From a virus, in IMG/VR virus record IMGVR_UViG_3300035698_006513: a stretch of DNA of 64,000 nt. The stretch is one strand, 5' to 3'. Both the position numbers and the translations under genes were made by a program. Positions 36,266-46,419 of the stretch are shown one piece after another. The notes beneath the pieces were generated by a model. The model was not told the DNA's origin and did no database searches. It saw only the letters and a list, made by a program, of their open reading frames with translations. The first letter of the stretch is position 1. Every line of letters begins with the position of its first letter.

Positions 36266-39214
36266 TTACCCCAGCAATACTTTATTTGATAGTTCGGCTA
36301 CATATCTAGCTATAATTTCACGTCGCTCGGCACGTACATCTAATGATGGGTCCACTTGCTTAATTGTGTTCTCTGCGTTTTCAACACCTAGCAACGGGTC
36401 TGTTTTCATATCAGAAAACCCTGTGTCGCTACCGAACGCATGTCTATGGAACCCGCCCTTACCTACTACCTCGTCGAAAGTAGCAATAGGTCTGTGTATA
36501 TATGAGAACATGAAATCTACGACATCGCTATTGGCACGCTTCAAACTTGCGTACGTCTGCACCAACTGGTCTATAGCTGATCTGGTACTTGTCGTACCCA
36601 GCGTAGGATGATCGTAATCGGGGTCCGCGTCCCTAATAGCAGTTTTATCCACGATGGAGTCACAGCCCAATAGAGGACCATAAAACTGAGTCCCTATGTT
36701 CTTGTTATCGTATAGCTTGTCATACCAAGGCGGACGCATCACCTCTTCAGCTGGTATACTTTCGGGGTCTATCTTGTCTTGACCTTGCACGAAGGTAGTT
36801 ACACCTAATGACATCGTTATCGCACTGTTTAGCTGTGCTGCTGCTTTTATGAGGTTACTCTCAGCCAAACTATTAGCGGAATCAGACAGCGCTGTAGCTA
36901 CGCGGACCATTATCTTAGATGCGGATACCAGGTTAGCCGCTATTGCAGATACTCTAATAGACTCTGCTGTCTTACGGTGCGCACGTAATTTACGCGCCAA
37001 TAAGGTCTCACCTGTAGTAGCAAATGTTGCCTTTAACGCTACCATGTCTTTAGTTAACACCTCGGACTTATCTCGCAGGTCAACCATCTTCTGTACGCGC
37101 TTATTATCTGGAGTAGCCTTACGCAATTTATCCACATCACCCGCACCAATAAGTTCTACAGACTCATCGTGCGTACGCACATTGCTGAGTGTGTACGCAG
37201 TTGTAGGCTCCGTAAAAGATAAACTCTGTATGAGTTGAGTAATACGCCCTAAATATTGTGTTGGTCTACGTGTGTCTTTGTGTATCTCGCCCATATTATA
37301 GGGTCCTGGAGTAGTGGCTAGCCCGTATCTATCCATCACTACTGCAGGTAAACCACATACCGCGTACTCATTGAACACGCCTACAACAGTTGCTTGTCGT
37401 GCTGAGTATCTATCCAAAAAGAATTTGAAATTTGCAGTACGCTGTACATAAGGTATACCTCCTGCGTTGTCCAAGTAATCAGGGTCTTTCCTTGCTAGGT
37501 AGAAATTAACCCTGCCCAAACTCTGCATGGATGGGATGATTCCTGAGAAACGCTCATGCGGAAGAAGTATACGTAGATACTGACTCGTACCTGTTAGATA
37601 ACTCTTCTTCTTCACGTCCAGAATATCTGGAGCGTAGTAGTATATACCTAGAAAAGACGTAGGTGCCTTTCCTCTAGCCCAAGGTTTAGTTGCGCCCTTG
37701 CCAGATAGCCAACATTTTAGCTGCACACGCATACGTGTTATTTCTTTGCGGAAGTCACGCTGGAAATCGAAAGACATATACATTTCGGGGAATATAACAT
37801 TGCACTTTGGTGGAGGAGCAAAGAATAGGTTTGGGGACATTATTTGTGTGAATAGCGAAGCTTGTTTGGGTATGGTGTGTCTGCGTGCTACGCGTCTGGT
37901 AGGCATCTTGAATAAACCCTGCATGACGCTGAGCGCTGTGTTTAGGTATGCTAACATTTGCGCACGATTCTGCGTGTTTGCGAATACCAGACTCTGAGTA
38001 AGATACCCTAAACCAGACGTCAGTCTCTCCCTCAACTTAGGCCAGTCACTGTTCCCCTTGCTCCCAAGTATACCTAGCTGACCTTTATCGTAATCACCTA
38101 TAACACCGTACTGACTATTACGTTTCGTCCAAGCATCATGCTTCCTAATCTTACCTGTAATAGGTGCTAGGAGGTCTGATTTTAGTGACGCTACAATAGA
38201 CGATATAGTTATGTACACACGCACCCTAGCGTCTTCTGGAATACCAGGCATACACATATGAATCTCGTCAAACTTCTTACCTTTGACACTTTCCTGCGCA
38301 ATAAGCTTCCTAAGTTTCTCTAGGATTTTGGTGTAGCGTACTACTTCCCTGCTGTTTGCGTGCTTGCTCTGAATAGGCACATTCTCAAATCTAGTGACAT
38401 CTGTTGTAGATGGCGGATTGTACCTGCCCATAGGCAGTGGATATGCCTCATAGAATGTGAACTGAAACAGAATCTTAAGTATGTCCCTGTACGACAACAT
38501 GGACCCATATGAGCACATAGTATTTGTAATCCAATTGATAAATGACTTCTGGCGCATCATACGCGCAGATGTAGTGTCGTTCTCTGGTACGCCGATTTGT
38601 GCCACTATCCGCATACGTAACTCTGCGGCAGAGAAGAAGTCGTTCTGCCCCCTGAATACGTGCTTACCTGAGTACACTCCACCCATACGCTCAAACAAAC
38701 GTATCACACCAGCCATCAAACCCGTCAATCCCGGTCTAGTCACAGATTTTGAGTTGACTAGATTAGATATTACAACCTCTGGAGATCTAAGTATGTTGTC
38801 GAACATACCTTTGTTCGCACCGATGAAAGAGGACGTCCTATCCCAGAAAGCATCCCCACCGGAAGAGAAGTTCTGTATGTATTGCATACACTGATCCCAG
38901 TATGCAGACACATCCTCACACTGTAAGAATGCAGACCTTGAGCCGACCTTCTTACTCATCTGCATAGCGCGCATCTCACCAGAAAATGCGAGATTGAACG
39001 AGGACAGCTGTAGTCCGACGCCCCCGTTGATTACGTCCTTGTAAAATAGATGCACTACTGTGCGATCTAAAAACTGCAATACCACGTCAGTAGCAACAAT
39101 CTGTATTGTGCACATAGCAGGGGCATTCGGCGCAGTTTGTATAACTGCAGACACTACAGGGACCTCAATACCCTCTAGTAGGCATCTAAGATCTAGTCTT
39201 CGTATCGTACTCAT
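36266..39214 (-). CDS. Baseplate hub-like tail protein
   Basis: 982 aa; LLEGIEVPV start, PPKCNVIFP; hub position downstream of tape measure. Confidence 0.5.
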   Translation of the reverse strand: MSTIRRLDLRCLLEGIEVPVVSAVIQTAPNAPAMCTIQIVATDVVLQFLDRTVVHLFYKDVINGGVGLQLSSFNLAFSGEMRAMQMSKKVGSRSAFLQCEDVSAYWDQCMQYIQNFSSGGDAFWDRTSSFIGANKGMFDNILRSPEVVISNLVNSKSVTRPGLTGLMAGVIRLFERMGGVYSGKHVFRGQNDFFSAAELRMRIVAQIGVPENDTTSARMMRQKSFINWITNTMCSYGSMLSYRDILKILFQFTFYEAYPLPMGRYNPPSTTDVTRFENVPIQSKHANSREVVRYTKILEKLRKLIAQESVKGKKFDEIHMCMPGIPEDARVRVYITISSIVASLKSDLLAPITGKIRKHDAWTKRNSQYGVIGDYDKGQLGILGSKGNSDWPKLRERLTSGLGYLTQSLVFANTQNRAQMLAYLNTALSVMQGLFKMPTRRVARRHTIPKQASLFTQIMSPNLFFAPPPKCNVIFPEMYMSFDFQRDFRKEITRMRVQLKCWLSGKGATKPWARGKAPTSFLGIYYYAPDILDVKKKSYLTGTSQYLRILLPHERFSGIIPSMQSLGRVNFYLARKDPDYLDNAGGIPYVQRTANFKFFLDRYSARQATVVGVFNEYAVCGLPAVVMDRYGLATTPGPYNMGEIHKDTRRPTQYLGRITQLIQSLSFTEPTTAYTLSNVRTHDESVELIGAGDVDKLRKATPDNKRVQKMVDLRDKSEVLTKDMVALKATFATTGETLLARKLRAHRKTAESIRVSAIAANLVSASKIMVRVATALSDSANSLAESNLIKAAAQLNSAITMSLGVTTFVQGQDKIDPESIPAEEVMRPPWYDKLYDNKNIGTQFYGPLLGCDSIVDKTAIRDADPDYDHPTLGTTSTRSAIDQLVQTYASLKRANSDVVDFMFSYIHRPIATFDEVVGKGGFHRHAFGSDTGFSDMKTDPLLGVENAENTIKQVDPSLDVRAERREIIARYVAELSNKVLLG

Positions 39215-39223
39215 GTGCAGTCC

Positions 39224-40609
39224 TTATGGTAAGAAAAAGATACCTGGGCGGGGAAACCTATTAGGCGTAGTAGCTGTAGGGGCATGATCCTTCATCACAT
39301 CAGTAGCAGCACGCATATTGTTTATGCGTTTGGACTTCTTCAGCGCAGCTTTAAACCCAAACCCAGAAAGAATAGGATCCGAAGATAACACATTTGTAAG
39401 ACCGCGTACGAACCCTGGACCAGCTGAACGCAAAGAGTCCAAATCTCTCTCTAAGGCGGACTGGAGTTTGGATAGGGGATCTTCTGGGATGAGGTCAGAC
39501 CCAATATCCGTCAATGCACCTATTGCTTCTTGCGCACGCTGTCTAGCTGTACCCACTAGTTGACTAATATTTCCTACTGCATCGGGGGTAATAGCGTTAG
39601 ATAAGAAATCGAGGGCGGAAGAGAAATCACTTTTACCTGATGTTGTACCGGGGAATGGGGGTGTAAATGTACCCCTGTCTTTACGCTCCGACTCAGACTT
39701 ACCTAATGGGGCATCCCCTCCACTGAATCCTGCACCAAGAGAGTCCGCGTAAGAATCTGGTAACTGATCACCTTCCCATGCACCGTAAACACGTGCTGCT
39801 GTATGAGGATCCGACGCTAAATCGGGAGCTAAGTCGGATAAGACAGAGTTTCGTACAGTCTTCCACTTACGTACTTCCCTTGACGTGAAACTGTAGGTGG
39901 TGGAGTTCTCATCTGACGGCTGAAGCTTAGTGTATTCCCCATCGTGCGTGTCTATGGCAGGACCGCCTATCGTAGATATGGCCGTGGTATCACTAGGGTT
40001 AATCGCCACTTTAAGGTCTATATCTGTAGACACCTCAAATGATCCAACGTGTGTAATATAAAAATGGAATGAGAAAGGCACACGATTCTCGACCTCGTAC
40101 GACCTAGTGGCCTGAGCGTCTAACATGTAACCGGTGTAGAACATGTTCCCTATCTCTAGGAATATCCTGCCTCCAATTTCAGCTAACTTAGTGCTACGCA
40201 ACACGTTTTCGTAGTTGAACCAGAACTCGCTTTCCCAAGGGAAGTTCTTAGAGGACACGAGCATTCCGGAGACAGTGAATATCTCAGGCTTCTTTCCATA
40301 GACATTCAGCCACTCCTCTCCCCAAGTCTCCTGAATATTGTACTTCTCTTGTGCAGCACGCTGAAAACCTTGCACGATGAAGTTGGTATAGTGCTTTGTT
40401 TTCCCTGTACGGGATACAGAGTTAAGGTCTAGGAGATCCAGTTTCTTACCGTCTCTGGTAACTACTGTAATAGTAGAGTGTACGTCTTCACCCGCCTGTA
40501 TACCCATGTACGGTCTACGGACATTGGCCTGACTACCGAACCTATTGGAGAACTGATCCCGCTCCAAGTCTCTAAACGCTTTTCGTCGTATAAGTATGAA
40601 CTTAGGCAT
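39224..40609 (-). CDS. Tail tube initiator/baseplate-like protein
   Basis: QEKYNIQETWGE..VYGKKP.IFTVSG.L beta pattern; follows tape measure. Confidence 0.45.
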   Translation of the reverse strand: MPKFILIRRKAFRDLERDQFSNRFGSQANVRRPYMGIQAGEDVHSTITVVTRDGKKLDLLDLNSVSRTGKTKHYTNFIVQGFQRAAQEKYNIQETWGEEWLNVYGKKPEIFTVSGMLVSSKNFPWESEFWFNYENVLRSTKLAEIGGRIFLEIGNMFYTGYMLDAQATRSYEVENRVPFSFHFYITHVGSFEVSTDIDLKVAINPSDTTAISTIGGPAIDTHDGEYTKLQPSDENSTTYSFTSREVRKWKTVRNSVLSDLAPDLASDPHTAARVYGAWEGDQLPDSYADSLGAGFSGGDAPLGKSESERKDRGTFTPPFPGTTSGKSDFSSALDFLSNAITPDAVGNISQLVGTARQRAQEAIGALTDIGSDLIPEDPLSKLQSALERDLDSLRSAGPGFVRGLTNVLSSDPILSGFGFKAALKKSKRINNMRAATDVMKDHAPTATTPNRFPRPGIFFLP

Positions 40610-40797
40610 TACTCATTATCCTCCAAAAGATAATCTAGCACCTTGCTATCGACTTCCGGTATGTGGTCCTCACCTATAACCACTGAGTACACAGCCGCTG
40701 CAACTTGGTTCTCATACAAATGGTCTATGGATATTTGGTCCAATACTACAACCTCTACGTTGCCTGTACCAATTGCTATACGATTTTCGCCAGCCAT
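40609..40797 (-). CDS. Small hypothetical protein
   Basis: TAGGTG SD; TAATG coupling to next gene. Confidence 0.5.
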   Translation of the reverse strand: MAGENRIAIGTGNVEVVVLDQISIDHLYENQVAAAVYSVVIGEDHIPEVDSKVLDYLLEDNE

Positions 40798-40804
40798 GTT
40801 ACAC

Positions 40805-43800
40805 CTATGTGGTTACCTTTCGTTTTGACTTCAGCGAGGCTGATATACCAGCTAAGTCCTTGTCTTTCAACGCCACGGACACTGCGTCTACAAATCTCTG
40901 ATTTGCACGTACATAATCGTTCCACACTGTGAGGGCATTGTCTAGGCTCTTGCGTGCGCCCACTGTAACTTTACCTTTGCCTACGGCAGTAGATAGTAAC
41001 GTTGACCCTGCTGCTTTACGCTTTTCTTCGTTAGTGCCGTCTTTCGTAATGTATGCCTGTAATGCTCCGGAAATAGCAGAACCAAAAGACCCACGTTTTC
41101 GTAGCTGACTTAACATCTCGCCTTGCTTCTTCTTTCCCAAACTTGAGAAATCTTCTGCAATTACCCCGAACTTGTCTCCACCAGCAAGCCCAATTATATC
41201 CGCCTTGGACCGTACGGTAGTAAGACTTTCTGCGAAGTCAGTGAGTTTGGATGCCAGTGGGTTCTTCATACCTTTAAGTGCACGTACAGCACCAGCTCCG
41301 AAACGATTTACCTGTGTAGCTATACCTATTTGATTCTGGGCATGTATAGAGTCTCTCCACTTCTTATATTTCTCTTTGGTAAAAGATTTACCAAACAATC
41401 CACCTAGTGCTCCAGATTCTGGAGCACGTTGTAAGATATTACGTAGCATGTCTACTTGATTTTCTTGGAGAGTATGACCTCCAATATTCATCTCTCCGCC
41501 CTTACTACCTATAATTCTATCCTTAGCGTTTTCTTGCGCTTTGGTTAATTTCATTCCACCAGCAGCATGGCGCATCACTGTATTGGAGATAAGATTTTCA
41601 CTCTTGAATAGGTCGCTGTTTTGAAGGAACTTGCGTTCATCTATACCGCCACCAGTGAGATATTGAGCAGCGTCTCCTACACTTTTACCTCTACCTGCCC
41701 ACCCTAATGCGTCTAGTGCATCTTTCTGTGCCGCCTGCGCCGCCTTAACTGTATTGTAAGAGTCACCCATATCCCCAGATACGTACCGACTCTGGCTGTC
41801 TATGCCAACCTTCTGTAACGCAGTCTCTGCCACGTTTATAGCATCGTCCATCGCTTGATTTTGCGCCGCACCAGCTCCCACACCTTTGTACTCGTTGTCG
41901 CCAGCTATTCGATTTACCCATTTACCTACAGACGTGCCCGGTTTAGCTATCTTACGGAACTCTTTACGCATTATCTGTCTGCGTTCTGATGGAGAGGCAT
42001 TGCGTAACTTGTTCATAACATCACTGTTATTGATGATGTTCGTACGAATCATAGCCGCTGCCTTATTTGCAGCAGACTTGTCTTTAGGATCAGTGAATTT
42101 TCGCACGATCTCAGCTGCACGTTGACCCGACGCACGACGCTTTTCTAGGCTAATAACACGGTGTAACTGAGACTTAGATATCACCAATGCTTGTGAGATT
42201 CTGTTATCATCGCCGTTACTTTGCATAAGTCTGCCTCTGGCATCTGTTCTATGTATGATAGCCAGATCTCCCTGTTTACCCATAGACCTCTGCTGTGCAC
42301 CGTAACCTTTTAGGGTGTTGGTACCTATCATTTGGTGCAAGTTATCCCCTAGATCATTACGTCTTTTACCGACTAACCCTTGTATAGCTACACCTATAAT
42401 ACTCATTGGTAGAGACCCACTTAAAGAGCTATCTATACCAAAGTCGCGTAAAGAATCAACAGTACCCCTGCGTCTTTGAAGATCTAGTCCTGCGGAAGGT
42501 CTACCATCACCTACGCCAATTCTGCGTTTAAGGTCAGACATTGCACTGGCACTTCCGCCAGCTGCTTTATGGAAGGAAGATGCAGCCTGTCCAGTAACGT
42601 GTGCACTGGTAGTCCCCGTCATATCATCTATCATTCCACGAAAAGAATCATTTAGTCCAGAATATATATTCTGTCCTAGGCGCTCTAATGGCCTAGAGAA
42701 GGTCCTGCGCATAAAGCTACCCGCTCTACGCTTGATTGCGTCTCCTGAAAATCTCTCTCTTCCCATGTACGCACGATAGTGCAAGTCACCCTGGCGTATT
42801 CCGGCTCGAGTCATATCTCGACGCATTTGAGGAAGTTTCTGCATCGCTGTCTGTAGTAACTGCGCCTCTCTGCGGTTACCTCCCGTAAAACGGGACATGA
42901 TCAATTCTTGGATGTCTGCGTTAGACGACCCCTTCAGAATCTTACTTCGGAAAGCAGAGTGTACTAACGAGGCCATGCCTGTCATACCGCCTTGCTTTAG
43001 GAAGGCAGTGCGTAAGTCCCCTTCTCTATTAACGAACTTGGCTTTATTTCCCATAGATGCCGTGTTCTTAAAACCACGCTTACGTAATTCAGATAAAGAC
43101 ATGCGCTTATTCAGGAGCAGCTCCATGCTACCACCATCCATACCCGTCATATCTTTATTGGCGAGACCTGCCAAAGCCATTCTACCTAGCGGTCCTTTTA
43201 GGAATTTCAAAGTTAGTGCAGACATTCTTTGCGATGTTGAAGCCATCGCTTGCTCACCAGTCTGACCACCTGTGATTTCCGTCATCAGATTAGATGTACG
43301 TTTTCCGATTCCTTTCATCTGGGTCATGGAGCGTAACTGACGCATCATTGTGAGCGTGCCTTCTGCAGCAGCCCCACCGTGACCTCCGCTAGCGCGTCCT
43401 ATAGCAGCACCGCCCTGCATGGCACTCATGGCCATCTGTGGAGATAGTCCAGACATACGGATCTGTCTAGCTGTCTGCATCTGCGCTTTATTGGAGTAGA
43501 TGCCTGAATGCTTCATCGCAGCCATAAGTGGTACTGCTTCTTCCAAAGACGTACCGAAAGACCTAGCCATGTGAGTAAGGGTTTTCACTAACTTCTTAAA
43601 CTTGCCAGAAAATTTATCCACACTTGTAGTGGACTGGAAGAAGTCACTTTGACCTAACTTATCCATGACCCGCATTAACTCATCGCGGGACCGCAAGGAA
43701 TCTTTATCGGCCATCTTAGTGACCATCTGAGATACCCCGCGCATCTGCTCCGTAGATGCGCCGAACCCTGTACGAGAGGATGAGTTATTTTGAAACCGCA

Positions 43801-44278
43801 TGTGCCTGGACATGATACGATTGGAGTCTTGTTGGAACCGGGCTCCTCTATAAATAGCTGAACCTGCAGCAGAAACTGCTTTGTACCCGAGATACTGTGG
43901 GGCAAACGCAGCAGCCCCTGCTAACAAAGACCCGCCTATACCACGTGCCCCTACAGAACCAATGGCGCTAGCGTACTTACCTGCTCCCCATAATGATTTG
44001 GCATCTGCGTAGTTAGCACTAGAGGTCAGTCCGCTCCACGCACCTTTGATACCTGATATACCTGCGCCGAAGGCCATACTGCCCCCCACGATACCTCCCA
44101 TAACACTGACTCCGCCCATACCAACCATAGTACCAGCAGCTTTACTTGCTATACCGTATGAGTACGGATCATTATCTCCGTGCCTAAATGATCCAGTTGC
44201 CTGCCTACCGTATATTGAGGGCATGTCATGTCTGGGGTATGAGCCTACTCGTGCCGCAATTTGTTCGCTAGTAATCAT
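40805..44278 (-). CDS. Tail tape measure protein
   Basis: 1157 aa, A/G/M/K-rich helical protein with hydrophobic Gly-rich segments; first gene of tail cluster; GGAGG SD. Confidence 0.75.
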   Translation of the reverse strand: MITSEQIAARVGSYPRHDMPSIYGRQATGSFRHGDNDPYSYGIASKAAGTMVGMGGVSVMGGIVGGSMAFGAGISGIKGAWSGLTSSANYADAKSLWGAGKYASAIGSVGARGIGGSLLAGAAAFAPQYLGYKAVSAAGSAIYRGARFQQDSNRIMSRHMRFQNNSSSRTGFGASTEQMRGVSQMVTKMADKDSLRSRDELMRVMDKLGQSDFFQSTTSVDKFSGKFKKLVKTLTHMARSFGTSLEEAVPLMAAMKHSGIYSNKAQMQTARQIRMSGLSPQMAMSAMQGGAAIGRASGGHGGAAAEGTLTMMRQLRSMTQMKGIGKRTSNLMTEITGGQTGEQAMASTSQRMSALTLKFLKGPLGRMALAGLANKDMTGMDGGSMELLLNKRMSLSELRKRGFKNTASMGNKAKFVNREGDLRTAFLKQGGMTGMASLVHSAFRSKILKGSSNADIQELIMSRFTGGNRREAQLLQTAMQKLPQMRRDMTRAGIRQGDLHYRAYMGRERFSGDAIKRRAGSFMRRTFSRPLERLGQNIYSGLNDSFRGMIDDMTGTTSAHVTGQAASSFHKAAGGSASAMSDLKRRIGVGDGRPSAGLDLQRRRGTVDSLRDFGIDSSLSGSLPMSIIGVAIQGLVGKRRNDLGDNLHQMIGTNTLKGYGAQQRSMGKQGDLAIIHRTDARGRLMQSNGDDNRISQALVISKSQLHRVISLEKRRASGQRAAEIVRKFTDPKDKSAANKAAAMIRTNIINNSDVMNKLRNASPSERRQIMRKEFRKIAKPGTSVGKWVNRIAGDNEYKGVGAGAAQNQAMDDAINVAETALQKVGIDSQSRYVSGDMGDSYNTVKAAQAAQKDALDALGWAGRGKSVGDAAQYLTGGGIDERKFLQNSDLFKSENLISNTVMRHAAGGMKLTKAQENAKDRIIGSKGGEMNIGGHTLQENQVDMLRNILQRAPESGALGGLFGKSFTKEKYKKWRDSIHAQNQIGIATQVNRFGAGAVRALKGMKNPLASKLTDFAESLTTVRSKADIIGLAGGDKFGVIAEDFSSLGKKKQGEMLSQLRKRGSFGSAISGALQAYITKDGTNEEKRKAAGSTLLSTAVGKGKVTVGARKSLDNALTVWNDYVRANQRFVDAVSVALKDKDLAGISASLKSKRKVTT

Positions 44279-44298
44279 TATTACCTCCGTTTTACCTG

Positions 44299-44307
44299 AC
44301 TATACCA
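44299..44307 (-). promoter_or_regulatory. Candidate extended -10 promoter (TGGTATAGT) for tape measure operon
   Basis: TG-n-TATAGT about 20 nt upstream of start. Confidence 0.4.
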
Positions 44308-44337
44308 CACAAAATACGGGTCCGGTAACGCGTATTT

Positions 44338-44345
44338 GGCATAAG
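44338..44345 (+). promoter_or_regulatory. GGCATAAG motif, one copy of a recurrent candidate phage promoter
   Basis: Related copies at 33651-33658(-), 47397-47404(-), 50878-50885(+), 51638-51645(-), 52448-52455(-), 56415-56422(+). Confidence 0.45.
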
Positions 44346-44387
44346 AATACAGTAAGAATACGATAACAATCAATGGAGGTAAAGGAT

Positions 44388-45173
44388 ATGTTGAGTATTG
44401 CCGCTGCGAGTCTCGTCACCGCAGTGGCGTTGCCACTGTATAGGTGGTGGCAGAGTGACAGGACCGAAACCAGCTCCCTGCTTCGTGCAGGTAGCGCTGT
44501 CGTCCCCGCTTTGGGCGTGGCGACAACCGTCGTGGGATATTATGAGCACATGGCTCAGATGGTTGAAGCATCTGAGCGGATGGAACTGAAGCTTCTTCGC
44601 CAGAAGGGTGAGGAAGTAGAAGTAGTACACACCATTATGGTGCCGCAAGGCATCGTGGACATGCTGGGGAGAGCTGTCATCCATACCGCGTTCGCAGGTA
44701 TGGATGAGGAGAGTGAGGAGCGAACTTTAGTTTGGGGGAGAAAGGGATGGGCACTGTCAGAGGAGGAAATAGAACTCCTCCTCGAATGGTTCCGAAGCAA
44801 CCTAATGCAAAGAAAAGACTTAGTCTTGCAGGCTACTATAGCCATCACAAGACTATTCTCTGCATTGGGTAAAAAAGCACTGAATCGTTCTATCGAAGTA
44901 ATGGTGCCCCATCTTCTGGATGCGTACGGAGTACCGGAAGCGGATGTACGTAGAGCAGTGGCATCAGGGCTGCTCGCCAATTCCAAGGATGGTCAGAAGG
45001 CCATCATAGAACACAGATCAGCTGCCATCGAAAACCTTGAGAACAAGGTTTTCGCTATGCAGGCAAACCTCTGTGGAGAAACTGTGGACGCAATGTCCGC
45101 AGCGAAGCGAAAGGTCGATAGTCTAGATATGTCTATGCTCGTATTGAGCATAGAAGATTCTAGACCGCAGTAA
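44388..45173 (+). CDS. Hypothetical protein with N-terminal hydrophobic segment
   Basis: GGAGG SD before ATG 44388; followed by terminator. Confidence 0.6.
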   Translation: MLSIAAASLVTAVALPLYRWWQSDRTETSSLLRAGSAVVPALGVATTVVGYYEHMAQMVEASERMELKLLRQKGEEVEVVHTIMVPQGIVDMLGRAVIHTAFAGMDEESEERTLVWGRKGWALSEEEIELLLEWFRSNLMQRKDLVLQATIAITRLFSALGKKALNRSIEVMVPHLLDAYGVPEADVRRAVASGLLANSKDGQKAIIEHRSAAIENLENKVFAMQANLCGETVDAMSAAKRKVDSLDMSMLVLSIEDSRPQ

Positions 45174-45210
45174 CGAAATCCATATCCTCCTCCTATGGAT
45201 TTCGTTTCTT
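45172..45210 (+). terminator. Intrinsic terminator-like hairpin
   Basis: AACGAAATCCATA/TATGGATTTCGTT 13-bp stem. Confidence 0.7.
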
Positions 45211-45271
45211 AGCATATTGACTTACCTAGGGTAACTGTACGAAAATATCCGACATTACTATGGAGGTGTAC

Positions 45272-45664
45272 ATGATACATTTTATGGCGGGTTTACAGAT
45301 CACTGATGTCACATCATATCTTATCGCTTCTGGGTCATTAGCGTTAGCCGTATTGTTTATACGTAAGTGGATAAACCGTATAGACAAGCGCGTAGACACA
45401 GCAGACGCGGCACTGAAGAGTGCTAAAGTTGCTACAGATGACCTACAGAGTGAAGTAGATGGGTTGAAAGCAGAGGTGGCTACACTAAGAGACGAGATTG
45501 TGCTTAAGGAGGCTACTGCGAAACTGGAAGGGAAAGTTGACGTTATTACGGGATTGGTATCGAATGCTACGAAAGTAAACCATGACCTGATGCGTGAGCA
45601 GATAGACAGTGTTCGCAGAGAGTTTCAGCGAAGTCTCGAAGAGGATAAAAATGCCAAATCTTGA
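45272..45664 (+). CDS. Single-TM coiled-coil membrane protein (holin-like or kinase partner)
   Basis: GGAGG SD; TM YLIASGSLALAVLFI followed by heptad coiled coil; overlaps kinase start. Confidence 0.65.
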   Translation: MIHFMAGLQITDVTSYLIASGSLALAVLFIRKWINRIDKRVDTADAALKSAKVATDDLQSEVDGLKAEVATLRDEIVLKEATAKLEGKVDVITGLVSNATKVNHDLMREQIDSVRREFQRSLEEDKNAKS

Positions 45665-46409
45665 TTCGTGCCCATCAAAAGATTTGATAATTACTGCGAG
45701 AACCCGGCCACTAAGTCCCGAAGAGAGAGACTGTGTAAACAGTTGTCAGTTTGGTGATATAGCAGAGCAATTTGTAAGTATCACACACGACCTAAAGTCG
45801 CCACTACGACACATATCATACTACTTGAATATGGCGATAGAGAGGGCTACAGAAGTAGAGCCAGATACGCAGTTACTAGATTATCTACTGAAGGGTGATG
45901 AGACTATCGACTCGGCATTACGACTCATCAGTAACTTGATGGAGTACTTCGACCCTAAAAGGGGTAAGGATACTTTTAGGATGAACTCGGTGCTAAGAGA
46001 GGCAATTACGTTACAAAACGGCAGCATGGATCGAACCGGAGCAAAAATAAGCATACCTGATGAAGATGTTTATGTGGAATTCAACAGAAAGCATTTGATA
46101 CGCATCTTGTCTAATCTGATTAACAACTCACTAAAGTATAAACATCCCGACCGCGAACCTCGTATAAACATATCTACGTCCAGCTGTGACGACAGGCTAA
46201 CTATCCGATACCAAGATAACGGTATCGGTATTAGCAAGGAACACTGGGAATGGGTATTTGAAATGTTCATGCGGGGTAATCACGATCAAGATGGTTCAGG
46301 GTTAGGTTTAGCACTATGTAAGAAGTTGCTAAAAAAAGAGGGCGGGGACATACGCATATCTGACTCAAGTGATGCAGGCACCACGTTCGAGTTCTTTATC
46401 CCAAAATAG
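45651..46409 (+). CDS. Soluble histidine kinase (HisKA + HATPase)
   Basis: H box THDLKSPL, N box LSNLINNSLKY, G1 DNGIGI, F box VFEMF, G2 GSGLGLALCKK; GAGG SD. Confidence 0.92.
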   Translation: MPNLDSCPSKDLIITARTRPLSPEERDCVNSCQFGDIAEQFVSITHDLKSPLRHISYYLNMAIERATEVEPDTQLLDYLLKGDETIDSALRLISNLMEYFDPKRGKDTFRMNSVLREAITLQNGSMDRTGAKISIPDEDVYVEFNRKHLIRILSNLINNSLKYKHPDREPRINISTSSCDDRLTIRYQDNGIGISKEHWEWVFEMFMRGNHDQDGSGLGLALCKKLLKKEGGDIRISDSSDAGTTFEFFIPK

Positions 46410-46419
46410 GAGATGGCCT

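Noticed and set aside
14299-43265. Many + strand ORFs antisense to structural genes (e.g. 14299..14787, 20942..21709)
   Set aside because: Shadow ORFs of long minus-strand genes with no recognisable motifs.
45609-45664. Programmed frameshift joining the TM protein to the kinase
   Set aside because: It would need a +1 shift, no clear slippery site or stimulator is visible, and the kinase has its own SD and ATG.
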